A stretch of 64,000 nt of DNA. Origin: a candidate division WWE3 bacterium. Its GTDB lineage: Bacteria > Patescibacteriota > WWE3 > UBA101185 > UBA10185. Both the position numbers and the translations under genes were made by a program. Position 1 is the first letter of the stretch, and the number at the start of each line of letters is the position of its first letter. The stretch is taken from NCBI GenBank assembly GCA_016182565.1, contig JACPGI010000004.1, positions 110,223 through 174,222 on the forward strand, written 5' to 3'. The notes below the pieces were generated by a model. It did no database searches. It had not been told where the DNA came from and worked only from the letters and a program-made list of their open reading frames with translations. This document shows positions 1-9,909 of the stretch, in pieces.

Positions 1-448
1 CATATATCTTCTTCGGTTCTATAATCGGTAAATACTGGAAGGGTTGCTTTTGCGTTTGGTGCTATTGAGTATTTATCCCCAACTACCAATATTACAGTAG
101 AAAGATTACTAGCCGCGTTTTCTAAACCGGTTTTTGAAATACCGGTTTTTCTGATAAGAGCTTGAAGACTTATAGTATCAACTTGCTTAAGATAAAAAAT
201 TAAATCCTCTATTTTCTTGGCAGGAACACCTGATTTTTTTGACGCTTCATATATAAGATTTATCACAGTTTTATTATACAACCAATCTTGCCCTACGGGG
301 ATTTATCTTTGCTTTTTAGGTCATTTTGTGCTATAAAACAATGGTTAATCGTGTGTCAAGTATTCAGAGTGTACGCCACCAAAAATTGGTTTGTCATGAG
401 AATATTTTACGTATTTATTCACACGGTATTATTAGGAGGTGAATTCTT

Positions 449-811
449 GTGGCAACTAAATTATTTGTAGGTGGAATCGCTTGGGCAACCAGCGAAGATG
501 CTTTATTACAATTGTTTTCAACAGTCGGAACAGTAGTTTCAGCAACTATTTTAACAGATAAATTCTCAGGTAGATCCAAAGGTTTTGGATTTGTCGAGAT
601 GAGCACAGAAGAAGAAGCTACTCGAGCAATCGAGCAGTTAAACGGTGCTATGTTAGATGACAGAAATATCACAGTCAGCGAAGCCAAACCTCAAGCTCCT
701 AGAGAAGACAGAGGTGGTTTTGGAGGTGGTAGAGGCGGAAATGACAGAAGACCTGGAGGAAGAGGTGGTGATAGAGGAGGTTTCGGAGGCAGAAGAGATA
801 ATAGATATTAA
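449..811 (+). CDS. RRM-domain RNA-binding protein with C-terminal Gly/Arg-rich (RGG) tail
   Basis: RNP-2-like 'KLFVGGI' and RNP-1-like 'KGFGFVEM' motifs; C-terminal RGGFGGGRGG repeats; RBS-like 'aggagg' upstream. Confidence 0.85.
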   Translation: MATKLFVGGIAWATSEDALLQLFSTVGTVVSATILTDKFSGRSKGFGFVEMSTEEEATRAIEQLNGAMLDDRNITVSEAKPQAPREDRGGFGGGRGGNDRRPGGRGGDRGGFGGRRDNRY

Positions 812-1016
812 TTTATTAGTATTTGTTAGATCATTATTCTAATGAAATTTAACTAGACTTATGGGCGCCTTTTAGGCGCCCTTAGTCATTTTTGTTAAGG
901 TTTACGTAGGTTTGAACCTTAAGCATATTAGTCTATATTTGCTGTTGCAAAATCCCCCATATTTAGTAACATGAATTACCTAAGTTTTTGTAGTTATTTT
1001 ATAGGCAAATACAGAT

Positions 1017-1532
1017 ATGATAAAAAAATCTCCTTTTCTTTTTGCAACAATATTTGTTTTGATTATTTTTGGAATCGTTTTTCTTGTTAATATAAAAAAC
1101 AATGAAAAAAAGTTAACTAACTCTTCTTCAACGGATGCTAGCTTTAATACCTCACAGAAAGAATTTAAACCTGATCCAACTTTAGATTTAAACACACTGC
1201 CGGTTGTTGATGGTGTAGATGTGGTTGATATAGAAAAAACTGATGATTCAAGCTCAAATGTTAAAGAATTTATAATAGAAGCGGGATCTTTTTACTATAA
1301 ACCAAATAGTATTAAGGTTTCAAAAGGTGATACCGTAAAAATAACATTAAATGCTGTAAGTATGATGCATGACTTAAACATAGAAGGATATGGGGTCAAG
1401 ACTGATATAGTAAAGTCAGGATTTTCTACTAGCGTTACTTTTGTAGCAGAAAAAGCAGGTAATTTTGAAATATACTGTTCTGTAGGCCAGCATAGGGCTA
1501 ATGGTCAAGTGGGTCGCCTAGTAGTAGAATAG
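1017..1532 (+). CDS. membrane-anchored cupredoxin-like (blue-copper fold) domain protein
   Basis: N-terminal TM helix; C-terminal 'GDTVKITL...MMHD...YCSVGQH' resembles type-1 copper / EfeO-like cupredoxin ligand spacing. Confidence 0.5.
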   Translation: MIKKSPFLFATIFVLIIFGIVFLVNIKNNEKKLTNSSSTDASFNTSQKEFKPDPTLDLNTLPVVDGVDVVDIEKTDDSSSNVKEFIIEAGSFYYKPNSIKVSKGDTVKITLNAVSMMHDLNIEGYGVKTDIVKSGFSTSVTFVAEKAGNFEIYCSVGQHRANGQVGRLVVE

Positions 1533-1579
1533 TGTAACTCTTTGTAAATCCGGCCATTTTGCCGTATAATCCTCCGGCT

Positions 1580-3409
1580 ATGAACATCCGAAATATTGCC
1601 ATAATTGCCCACGTTGACCACGGAAAAACCACTATTGTTGATGGTTTACTAAAGCAAAGTAAAACTTTTCGTGAAAATGAGCTTATGATGACCCAAGACC
1701 TTATCATGGATTCAAACGATCAGGAAAGAGAACGTGGAATTACAATACTAGCAAAAAACATTTCCATCTTATACAAAGGAACAAAAATTAACATCATAGA
1801 CACACCAGGACACTCTGATTTTGGTGGTGAGGTTGAAAGAACTCTAAACATGGCTGACGGGGTTTTACTTGTCATAGACGCGCAAGAAGGCCCTATGCCA
1901 CAGACTAAGTTTGTATTGAAAAAAGCATTATCTTTAGATTTAAAAGTTATTGTTGTTATTAACAAAGTTGACAAAAAAGATGCAAAAATCAAAGATACAT
2001 TAAGAAAAATTTATGATCTCTTCTTAGAACTTGCTACCCATGAAAATCAGCTAGAATTTCCTATACTTTATGCAATTGGCCGTGAAGGTAAATCATGGGA
2101 CGATTTTGATCTAAATGATATTGAGGCAGTTTCAGCACAAGATGCCAACTTTAACGATATTTTTGAAGCAATTCTTAAATATGTTCCCGAACCAATTTCT
2201 ATACTCACCGAACCCTTCCAAATGCTTGTTTCAACCCTTGATTGGGATAATTTCAAAGGCAAATACGCAATAGGACGTATCAAGCATGGTCAAATAAAAG
2301 CTGGTGATTCTGTGATACTTTTTAATCACGAAGGTAAGCAAGAAAAGGCCACTGTCGAAAAAGTATTTGTAAATCAAGGCTTAAAAAGGGTTGAAACTGA
2401 AGTTGGCATGTCGGGTGATATCGTATCACTTACAGGTGTTAAAAATGCTGGTATTGGAGATACCCTTGCTGATCCTGCAAAACCAGAAGCATTGCCTACT
2501 ATCAAAATTGAAGAACCCACACTTAGCATTTCAATAGGTCCTAATACTTCCCCATTCATGGGTAAAGAAGGTAAGTTTTTCACCGGAAGACAAATCTTAG
2601 AAAGAATTGAGCGTGAACTTCAAACCAATGTTGCTATGAAATTTAAGATCACAGAAGATGGTCAATATGTTTTGTATGGCCGAGGTGAACTTCACTTATC
2701 CGTATTTTTGGAAACTTTACGAAGAGAGGGTTTTGAACTAAGTGTAGGAAAACCAAAAGTTATTACCAAAAAGATTGATGGCGTTGAGATGGAGCCTGTA
2801 GAAGAGCTAACAATTGATGTTGATAATACTTATCTTGGTGCTATAAAAAGCGAACTTGGCAAAAGAAGAGGTCTTCTTGTTGCTCAGGAAGATTTAACTA
2901 CCCAGTCAACAAGACTTGTTTACAATATAGCAACTCGTGGGGTATTAGGACTTCGCGGAGTACTTTTAACCACCTCAAAAGGAACTGCAGTGATGAGTTC
3001 TATGTTTTTGACTTATGAAAAAATGGGTTCCCCAATGCAAAAACTAAGAAAAGGTGTGTTAGTTGCTACAGAAACAGGAAAAACTGCACCATATGGTCTT
3101 GTACCAGCTCAGGAAAAAGGTCCTGTATTTGTACCACCTCAGCAACAGGTATATGAGGGTCAAATTATAGGGTTAAATGGGCGTGACGAAGATCTTGATA
3201 TAAATGTATGTAAAGAAAAACAGCTAACTAACAATAGATCCGTAGGTGAAGATCCTATCGTGATAGACCCACACGTGGTTTTGAGCCTTGAGCAGTGTTT
3301 AGGGTTTTTGGAAGATGATGAGTTGCTTGAAATAACACCGGTTAGCTTAAGACTTAGAAAAAAGATTTTGAATAAGACCGAGAGACAAAGGGCTGGAAGA
3401 AGAAGCTAA
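1580..3409 (+). CDS. typA: translational GTPase TypA/BipA
   Basis: 'NIAIIAHVDHGKTT' G1, 'DTPGH' G3, 'NKVD' G4 motifs; length ~610 aa; track ORF starts 1559 but the conserved N-terminus begins at ATG 1580. Confidence 0.9.
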   Translation: MNIRNIAIIAHVDHGKTTIVDGLLKQSKTFRENELMMTQDLIMDSNDQERERGITILAKNISILYKGTKINIIDTPGHSDFGGEVERTLNMADGVLLVIDAQEGPMPQTKFVLKKALSLDLKVIVVINKVDKKDAKIKDTLRKIYDLFLELATHENQLEFPILYAIGREGKSWDDFDLNDIEAVSAQDANFNDIFEAILKYVPEPISILTEPFQMLVSTLDWDNFKGKYAIGRIKHGQIKAGDSVILFNHEGKQEKATVEKVFVNQGLKRVETEVGMSGDIVSLTGVKNAGIGDTLADPAKPEALPTIKIEEPTLSISIGPNTSPFMGKEGKFFTGRQILERIERELQTNVAMKFKITEDGQYVLYGRGELHLSVFLETLRREGFELSVGKPKVITKKIDGVEMEPVEELTIDVDNTYLGAIKSELGKRRGLLVAQEDLTTQSTRLVYNIATRGVLGLRGVLLTTSKGTAVMSSMFLTYEKMGSPMQKLRKGVLVATETGKTAPYGLVPAQEKGPVFVPPQQQVYEGQIIGLNGRDEDLDINVCKEKQLTNNRSVGEDPIVIDPHVVLSLEQCLGFLEDDELLEITPVSLRLRKKILNKTERQRAGRRS

Positions 3410-3431
3410 CCCCGCTTATTAAAACCCATAG

Positions 3432-3459
3432 TTGCTAAAGAATAGCGTTCAGGTATAAT
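3432..3459 (+). promoter_or_regulatory. consensus-like sigma70 promoter (TTGCTA-N16-TATAAT) followed by SD AAGGAGA
   Basis: ttgcta at ~3432-3437, tataat at ~3454-3459, spacer 16 nt; 'taaggagattgag' immediately 5' of ATG 3492. Confidence 0.5.
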
Positions 3460-3491
3460 CCAAAAAATAAGTAACCCATAAGGAGATTGAG

Positions 3492-3830
3492 ATGGCAGAC
3501 AATATATTAAGTAAGGAAAAGATGTTGAGCAACTTTCGTATCGCCGGGGATTTGGTGCTGATTCTAATGGCGTGGACGAAACGCAAACCGAAACGCATTG
3601 TGAAAACTTTGGCCCACGAAACCTGGCACGAGATGGAAGCAATCCGAGATCAGGTATTGAATACTCTGCCTGGCACGATTTCTGCCCATGAAATTGCATA
3701 CCTTCGCAAGAGTAAAGACCAACCCACCCTCATGTTATATTGCATCATGTCGTGGTTCCTTGGTTATTCTTCTCGCCTGGAGACCAGATCGGTGATTGCG
3801 TTGTTCAACGCACTTACCAGATATGACTAA
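3492..3830 (+). CDS. hypothetical protein encoded in a GC-elevated (foreign-looking) cassette
   Basis: 112-aa ORF with visibly higher GC and different codon usage than neighbours; own promoter, strong SD and a downstream intrinsic terminator. Confidence 0.5.
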   Translation: MADNILSKEKMLSNFRIAGDLVLILMAWTKRKPKRIVKTLAHETWHEMEAIRDQVLNTLPGTISAHEIAYLRKSKDQPTLMLYCIMSWFLGYSSRLETRSVIALFNALTRYD

Positions 3831-3857
3831 GCGTTTATAAGATTAAGATAAGAAAAA

Positions 3858-3890
3858 AACACCTTGGTAACTCTTTGCCGAGGTGTTTTT
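3858..3890. terminator. rho-independent terminator between convergent genes
   Basis: perfect 7-bp stem 'aacacct'...'aggtgtt' with 16-nt loop followed by TTTTT; sits between ORF 3492-3830 (+) and the helicase (-). Confidence 0.55.
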
Positions 3891-3926
3891 AACATTAAGC
3901 CCACTTTTATTTAAATTCTGAAAAAT

Positions 3927-5333
3927 TTACTCTTCCATGAAAGTCAATGCTGTACCTTTTTTATCCGCTCTTCCGGTACGACCAATTCTGTGCACATATT
4001 CATCATATGAGGCTGGAAGTTCATAGTTTATGACATGGCTTACATTATTAATGTCAAGTCCACGTGAAGCAACATCTGTTGCAAGTAAAATCTTTATTTC
4101 ATCATTCCTAAATTTTTGTAAGGTTTGATGTCTTTGACCTTGTCTTTTATCACCATGTATTGCATCGGCTTTAAATCCTCTTTTCACAAGTTCATCGGAG
4201 AGTTTTTGGACTCCCCACTTTGTATTTGCAAAGATTAAAACTTTATCAAACCCGTTTGTGATTAAAAGATCGTGAAGTACATCTATCTTTTTAAGACCTC
4301 CTTGAACTCTTACTATTTCTTGTTTGATATTTTCCCCAGTTTCTTGCTTTTTTACACTTATTGTCACAGGGGCTTGGACAAATGCTTGTAATATCTCTTG
4401 AACCTTATTTGAAACAGTAGCTGAGAAAAATAAGGACTGTCTTTCTTTAGGAAGTTGAGCAATAAATCTTTTGATATCTTGCAAAAAGCCAATGTCTACC
4501 ATACGGTCAGTTTCATCTAGTACTACATTATTAAATGTTCCAAGGTCAATATTTCCCCTTTCGACATGGTCGTTTAGTCTTCCTGGTGTACTTATAATAA
4601 AGTTTGGTCTTCTGTTAAGTCCCAATTTTTGAGCATACATGCTTTTACCACCAATTATTAAAGCTGAATAAATACCCATTCCAGCACTTAAATATCTAAA
4701 TTCAGTTTCTATTTGTTCAGCAAGTTCTCTAGTAGGGGCAATTATTAACACTTTTTGAGTTTTATCTTTGAATACTTTATTTACAAGTGGGATCAAAAAG
4801 GCAGCAGTTTTACCTGTACCTGTATTTGCAATACCAATTAAATCTTCCCCAGCAAGAATTGCTGGAATTGCTTTATCTTGGATAGGTGAAGGAGTTTTAA
4901 ACCCTTTTGTTACAATGTTTCTTTTTAGAATGTCTACAATTGGGAAATCTACGAAATTAAATTCGTTTGTGTAAGCTTCTTCGGATGATACTGGTCTTGG
5001 TCTTTTTGAAAATTCGATTGATTTTATAAGATCTGAGATAGACCATGAAAAGCTACGTCTTCCTCTTGGGGATCTTGAATTAGAGCCATATCCACCTCTA
5101 GATCCGTACCCACTTCGTGAACCATAACTGTTACCGCCACTGTAACCTCCACCGGATCTTCTTGGTGCAAAATTTCTAGGTCCTGTTCCACTTCTTGAGC
5201 TCCCACCCCTTGGACTAAAGCCCCCTGATCTTTGGCCTTGTGAGCTAGATCTATTAAAGGAAGTACCACTTGAGCTAGCCCCATTGGAACTAGAATAACT
5301 TCTATTTTGGGTTGTTTTATAAGCGTTCATCAT
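3927..5333 (-). CDS. DEAD-box ATP-dependent RNA helicase with N-terminal Arg/Gly/Ser-rich disordered extension
   Basis: Q-motif 'TPSPIQ', Walker A 'ANTGTGKT', 'PTRELA', motif II variant 'DETD', 'SAT', 'HRIGRTGR'; ~110-aa N-terminal RGG/SR low-complexity region. Confidence 0.9.
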   Translation of the reverse strand: MMNAYKTTQNRSYSSSNGASSSGTSFNRSSSQGQRSGGFSPRGGSSRSGTGPRNFAPRRSGGGYSGGNSYGSRSGYGSRGGYGSNSRSPRGRRSFSWSISDLIKSIEFSKRPRPVSSEEAYTNEFNFVDFPIVDILKRNIVTKGFKTPSPIQDKAIPAILAGEDLIGIANTGTGKTAAFLIPLVNKVFKDKTQKVLIIAPTRELAEQIETEFRYLSAGMGIYSALIIGGKSMYAQKLGLNRRPNFIISTPGRLNDHVERGNIDLGTFNNVVLDETDRMVDIGFLQDIKRFIAQLPKERQSLFFSATVSNKVQEILQAFVQAPVTISVKKQETGENIKQEIVRVQGGLKKIDVLHDLLITNGFDKVLIFANTKWGVQKLSDELVKRGFKADAIHGDKRQGQRHQTLQKFRNDEIKILLATDVASRGLDINNVSHVINYELPASYDEYVHRIGRTGRADKKGTALTFMEE

Positions 5334-5640
5334 AATAATGCCCCTTTTAAGGCATGGAACTGCTTAAATTAACGATCGTGTAGGGAAAAGATACTAAATA
5401 AAACAAAAAGTTCTTGGCTATCTTTATCGATGCTAAACGTACTTAATCAAAGCAGATACATAACTACAAAACTAACTAATCTGCGAGTTAACTGGTGAAG
5501 TTTAGCACCTATCGTAAGGTAACGCAAGGGGAACTATGGGACGTGGTTGCAGGGTTTTGATAAAAGTCCTAGATGTCAAAACGCGGTAGGGCTCCAGGAA
5601 ATATTCCGAGAATCCTACCGCATTCCAATGTTATTTAATC

Positions 5641-5979
5641 TTACCCCTCATAAAGTAGCAAGCCCCCAATACACAATGTTTGTATTGTTATCGAGCTTAA
5701 CCAGATTGGTGAGAGCCAGATTGAGGTGAACCACATCATTGCGTATATTGTAGCCGGCAGGGCTGCATCTAACGCGACCTGGATTGTAAGACTGACGAGT
5801 TCTGCCATATGATTTGGCAGCTCTCCCTGTAGTGCAGGGTGCATTCTCGCTGTTTCATTAAACACAAAGAGAATGTTCGTAATTCCCCATAGCACTATTG
5901 CTACTTCTACTACTGCACAGAGAATTACTATGCTGTGCAAAACTCCTTGAAAACGTTTTTTCATTTTTCTTCTCCTCAT
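5641..5979 (-). CDS. small integral membrane protein (hypothetical)
   Basis: 112-aa ORF with three hydrophobic helices and a basic N-terminus. Confidence 0.4.
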   Translation of the reverse strand: MRRRKMKKRFQGVLHSIVILCAVVEVAIVLWGITNILFVFNETARMHPALQGELPNHMAELVSLTIQVALDAALPATIYAMMWFTSIWLSPIWLSSITIQTLCIGGLLLYEG

Positions 5980-6020
5980 TTTTCGATATTATACACCCTA
6001 TAGTATAAATTGGGAATAAT

Positions 6021-6632
6021 TTGATTATCCTTCAAAATAGCCAAAATTTAGGTTACTGTATGCTTATGCAAGAAAAACACAGGTGCACCTGGTCCCTTGG
6101 CGACGAATCAATGATTAAATACCACGATGAAGAATGGGGTGTTCCCCTATTTGATGATGCTAAGCTATTTGAATTTATGGTTTTAGATACTTTCCAAGCT
6201 GGTCTAAGTTGGAAAACAATATTACACAAAAGAGAAAATTTCAGACAGGCTTTTGATAACTTTGACTTTAGTAAGATTAAAGATTATGACGAAAATAAAT
6301 ATTTAGAGCTTTTAAATAACCCTGGAATTATTCGAAACAGGGCAAAGATAAAAGGCACAATTATCAACGCTAAGTTGTTTCTAGAAGTACAAAAAGATTA
6401 TGGGAGTTTTGCTAAGTTTATTTGGAAATTTGTAGATGGACACCCAATTGTGTCAAATATAAAAATAGCGCAAGATATACGGGCAACTTCACCGGAGTCA
6501 GACTCAATGAGCAAAGAACTCAAGAGTTTGGGTTTCAAGTTTGTAGGTTCAACTATTTGTTATGCTTTTATGCAAGCGGCTGGAATGATAAATGATCACG
6601 AAGTAAGGTGTTTTAGATTTAAAGACTTATAG
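6021..6632 (+). CDS. tag: DNA-3-methyladenine glycosylase I
   Basis: 'RCTW...DESMIKYHDEEWGVP' matches the Tag N-terminal zinc/HhH family signature; likely true start at ATG ~6060. Confidence 0.85.
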   Translation: MIILQNSQNLGYCMLMQEKHRCTWSLGDESMIKYHDEEWGVPLFDDAKLFEFMVLDTFQAGLSWKTILHKRENFRQAFDNFDFSKIKDYDENKYLELLNNPGIIRNRAKIKGTIINAKLFLEVQKDYGSFAKFIWKFVDGHPIVSNIKIAQDIRATSPESDSMSKELKSLGFKFVGSTICYAFMQAAGMINDHEVRCFRFKDL

Positions 6633-6728
6633 ATAACTGCTGGTTAAGTTTGAAGTACGATTGGGGGTTGTTATAGCTTATGTTAAGACAAAAGCCGCCA
6701 GTTTATGTGACGGCTGTTGTTGTGAATT

Positions 6729-6935
6729 TTATTGCAGATTATGATTGGTATTATTACCGTTCTCCAGAATTAAAAGGAGAAAAAGCAATGCAAACGTAAT
6801 AACTGCTGTTGTAAACGCTTTTGTTATAACGATTGCTGGGTCATATCCATCGTGTAATTTCCCAATCAAAGTGCAGAACTTTGCAATAAAAACCAATGCA
6901 AGAAGTATTCTTGCTCGTCTTATCAATGGGTTCAT
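6729..6935 (-). CDS. small hydrophobic protein (hypothetical, could be spurious)
   Basis: 68-aa two-TM ORF in the gap between convergent genes. Confidence 0.25.
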   Translation of the reverse strand: MNPLIRRARILLALVFIAKFCTLIGKLHDGYDPAIVITKAFTTAVITFALLFLLLILENGNNTNHNLQ

Positions 6936-7012
6936 GGCAATCTCCTATATTTAGTGAAATTGTACACCTATAGTAAAGTAATTGGAAATCCTATATTTTC
7001 TATATTTAGAAG

Positions 7013-7750
7013 CTATTTACACCCAAACTGCGTTTTGCACTGCGCCTTATCTTCTGCACTTGAAGCATATTCACATGCGGCACACATAGAACTTTGACCA
7101 GATGTATCCTTTGTTGTGTCTTGCCCAGTGCTACCTGTATTATCCGGTTTACTATTTGAGCTAGTAGGCATTAGTCCTTTTAGAGTTGAAGAGAAATCAA
7201 AGAATTCAATATTTGTCGGGAGTTCAAACATTTTAGTATCCCCAACCCAATTTATACATTTATAATCAAAAGCTGTATTTAAGTTTTTGTAAGACTCACC
7301 AGTATTTTTATCGTTAGTTTTAGTTTGATCTGCAGTACTATCTGTTTGAGTAAAAGAGTCCATTTTCATTTTTATTCCTTGTGGAGCTTCAGAAGTCCAA
7401 GTGTAAACCCATTCCCCATCTGTGATCATATTGGATGCAATTTTTGTATTATCGGTATTTACTAGTTCTGATACATATCTTACATTTTTTCCCGAGATAT
7501 ACGTTGTACCAGACATTTTTGTACCATCAACTTCAGTGCTAAATGTACATTTTAAAGTTTTGTTGAGTTTTATTATGTCAAAGATACTTCCCTTGAGATT
7601 TGATTCTTCAGAAAGTTTTTGTTCAACTGTATTGTCTTGGTTATAAGTGAGCTGATCTATTACATATTTCTCTATTGCTTTGTATGTAAAAAATATAGCT
7701 ATGAGAAGCAGAAGTACCAAACCTATTAATAAACGTTTTTTGTTTTGCAT
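7013..7750 (-). CDS. secreted/membrane-anchored hypothetical protein with Cys-rich C-terminus
   Basis: N-terminal signal/TM helix; C-terminal 'CAACEYASSAEDKAQCKTQFGCK' cysteine cluster. Confidence 0.6.
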   Translation of the reverse strand: MQNKKRLLIGLVLLLLIAIFFTYKAIEKYVIDQLTYNQDNTVEQKLSEESNLKGSIFDIIKLNKTLKCTFSTEVDGTKMSGTTYISGKNVRYVSELVNTDNTKIASNMITDGEWVYTWTSEAPQGIKMKMDSFTQTDSTADQTKTNDKNTGESYKNLNTAFDYKCINWVGDTKMFELPTNIEFFDFSSTLKGLMPTSSNSKPDNTGSTGQDTTKDTSGQSSMCAACEYASSAEDKAQCKTQFGCK

Positions 7751-7764
7751 AAAAATAGTATACC

Positions 7765-8748
7765 TTAACCTTTTACAACTTTCTTTAGCTCATTTAAAAG
7801 ATTATCTTCAACTTCAATTTCTCCTGACTCATAGGCTTTTTTTGTTTTATTATTTCCCCCTTCTCCGGGAACTTGGATCTCTGTTACGCCTTCAATTTTT
7901 CTTGCTAATTTTATCTTTGACACAATACCTGAAACCTTATGTTTAAATTCATCTAAATCACCAAAGATTTTAGGATCAATTGCTATAACTAGGTTTCCTG
8001 CATTGACACTATCATCGTTAAAAGATTCAGCACTCACAAATGCCCCCGCTAGTATTTGAACCACTAATGCTAGTCCCGAGCCTTTGTGCCCACCCATTGT
8101 TTTTAGTGCACCACTCATAATTTCCGCGGGATTTGTAGTAGGGTTACCTTGAGAATCATAACCGACACCATCGGGCAGTTTTTTTTCGGCAGTTTTTGCT
8201 TCTATTAACCCATAATATGCCATTGTCGATGTAGTCATGTCTAGTAATATTGGATCAGTATCTGTAGGTATTCCATAAGCCATTGGGTTTGTACAAAATT
8301 TAGCCTCGTTAGATCCATAGGGGGCTGTTGTCTGAAAAGGTGATGAGGAAAATGCAATCCCTATGAATCCATTTTGCGCAATTTTATTTACGTAATAACC
8401 TAATGCTCCTGTAGACTCACTTGTATTAAAGTTTCCAGATATCCCAATACCAATTTTTTTTGCCTTTTTAATTGCTAAGTTTGTAATAAAGTCCATCACT
8501 ACCATTGCATGTGTGCAATTCCCGTCTACCAAAGCTGATACCTTTGTTTGTTTTACAATAAATGGAGGTTTTCCCTCGCTTCTTCTTGGGATTCCTTTTC
8601 CAATAAGTTTTACGATACCCTGATTATTTCCACGAAGCTGTGCATATAACAAAACATCTTTAATTATCTTAATTTCTTTTGGTGTATAGCCGTATTTTTT
8701 AAGGGCCTTTTTAACTAAAGATTCAAGCTGTGTTATTTTAATTTTCAT
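7765..8748 (-). CDS. Ldh_2 family (malate/L-lactate/ureidoglycolate-type) NAD(P)-dependent dehydrogenase
   Basis: length ~330 aa and 'GHKGSGLAL' plus surrounding pattern typical of the Ldh_2 family. Confidence 0.6.
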   Translation of the reverse strand: MKIKITQLESLVKKALKKYGYTPKEIKIIKDVLLYAQLRGNNQGIVKLIGKGIPRRSEGKPPFIVKQTKVSALVDGNCTHAMVVMDFITNLAIKKAKKIGIGISGNFNTSESTGALGYYVNKIAQNGFIGIAFSSSPFQTTAPYGSNEAKFCTNPMAYGIPTDTDPILLDMTTSTMAYYGLIEAKTAEKKLPDGVGYDSQGNPTTNPAEIMSGALKTMGGHKGSGLALVVQILAGAFVSAESFNDDSVNAGNLVIAIDPKIFGDLDEFKHKVSGIVSKIKLARKIEGVTEIQVPGEGGNNKTKKAYESGEIEVEDNLLNELKKVVKG

Positions 8749-8757
8749 AAAATCTTT

Positions 8758-9690
8758 CTATTTAAAATAATTATTGTTCGCTAAGTTTACCTTGGCCGTA
8801 TAAATCGCATTATATATATCATTTTTTATAAGATCCAGCCTATTTTTTGACTCACAAAAGTTAGTGATTTCGGCAATGTCATCTTTTGTTGGGGTAGTGT
8901 TTTGAGAGGATGTGGGATTCATTATGGCATCTTTAGTTTCAATGTGACCAAGACCTAGGGCATGACCCAGCTCATGAGCTAATACATGAGTAAGTTCTTT
9001 TTCTGAGGCATAAAAATAAATATCAATTTTATTGACTCCAGAAGTATACATACCCATTTCTGGTTTTACTTCGAGGCTTTTGTTTAACATTTCTACGTTT
9101 GCGTTTAATGTTGAAACTGTATTATTTACTTTTGCTACTTGATTATTTAATTTCTCAATTGAGTTATTAAATTCCTGAATTTTTTCTTGTAGCAGTGCTT
9201 GTTTTTTGATTAATTTTTTATATTCTTCTTCCGGAGCACCTCCCTTTGAATTCCAGTATTCGATGTCGTTATTTATTTGTGCGATCTCTTTTTGAAGATT
9301 CAGTTGTTCTAAGGCAAATGTTTCGTTTTTTGCATCAATTTGTGCCTTATTTTCAGCTACACTTATATCTAAATTATTTATTTTATCTATGACTTGCTGT
9401 CTTCCGTCAAAAATAAGATTAATTTGAAGTGCTCCATCATTTTTCAACTCAAAGAGATTTTTTTGTGTTGGCTCCTCCCATACCTTGATTGCTATTTCAA
9501 CCTGCTTTTTTAAATCTTCTTTAGTTACATTAAATTCTTTATCTATTTGATTTATTTTGTAAGCTATTGGTCTATCGCAGAAGGAAGCATCAATGTATCT
9601 TCGAACAGACGTATAGATTTCTTCTCCGTAGAAATATATCGAAGTAATAAGGATGGCTATAAGAAGTACCTTAAGAATAAGTTTTTTCAC
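8758..9690 (-). CDS. secreted metzincin-type zinc metalloprotease with coiled-coil region
   Basis: N-terminal TM/signal; 'HELGHALGLGH' (HExxHxxGxxH) zinc-binding motif; long heptad-rich Q/N/K/E segment. Confidence 0.75.
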   Translation of the reverse strand: MKKLILKVLLIAILITSIYFYGEEIYTSVRRYIDASFCDRPIAYKINQIDKEFNVTKEDLKKQVEIAIKVWEEPTQKNLFELKNDGALQINLIFDGRQQVIDKINNLDISVAENKAQIDAKNETFALEQLNLQKEIAQINNDIEYWNSKGGAPEEEYKKLIKKQALLQEKIQEFNNSIEKLNNQVAKVNNTVSTLNANVEMLNKSLEVKPEMGMYTSGVNKIDIYFYASEKELTHVLAHELGHALGLGHIETKDAIMNPTSSQNTTPTKDDIAEITNFCESKNRLDLIKNDIYNAIYTAKVNLANNNYFK

Positions 9691-9909
9691 TCCTCTATTT
9701 TACACCTTACTAAGTTGCTTGTGGGGTTTATAATCTATTGGTAGTTCTTGCAAACTGTTTCTAATTTTTTTTGTCAAAATACAACCTATGAACTCTGGAA
9801 TAGTAAAAAGAAATATTTTCCTATATTACATAGTGCAATTAATGGTTGGTGCATTATTTACTATTCCAGTTTGGGTAGCTTTTGAAAAACAATTTTTAAA
9901 TTATTCTCA

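Noticed and set aside
3406-3699. 97-aa minus-strand ORF
   Set aside because: It is antisense to the better-supported plus-strand ORF 3492-3830 and overlaps the latter's promoter and SD.
5500-5610. RNase P RNA-like sequence fragments ('ggtaacgc', 'aaaagtcc', 'gggctcc') in the helicase leader
   Set aside because: The matches are short, and they occur in the wrong 5'-to-3' order relative to the conserved RNase P core. The region is also too short (~300 nt) to hold P1-P18. Treated as coincidence.
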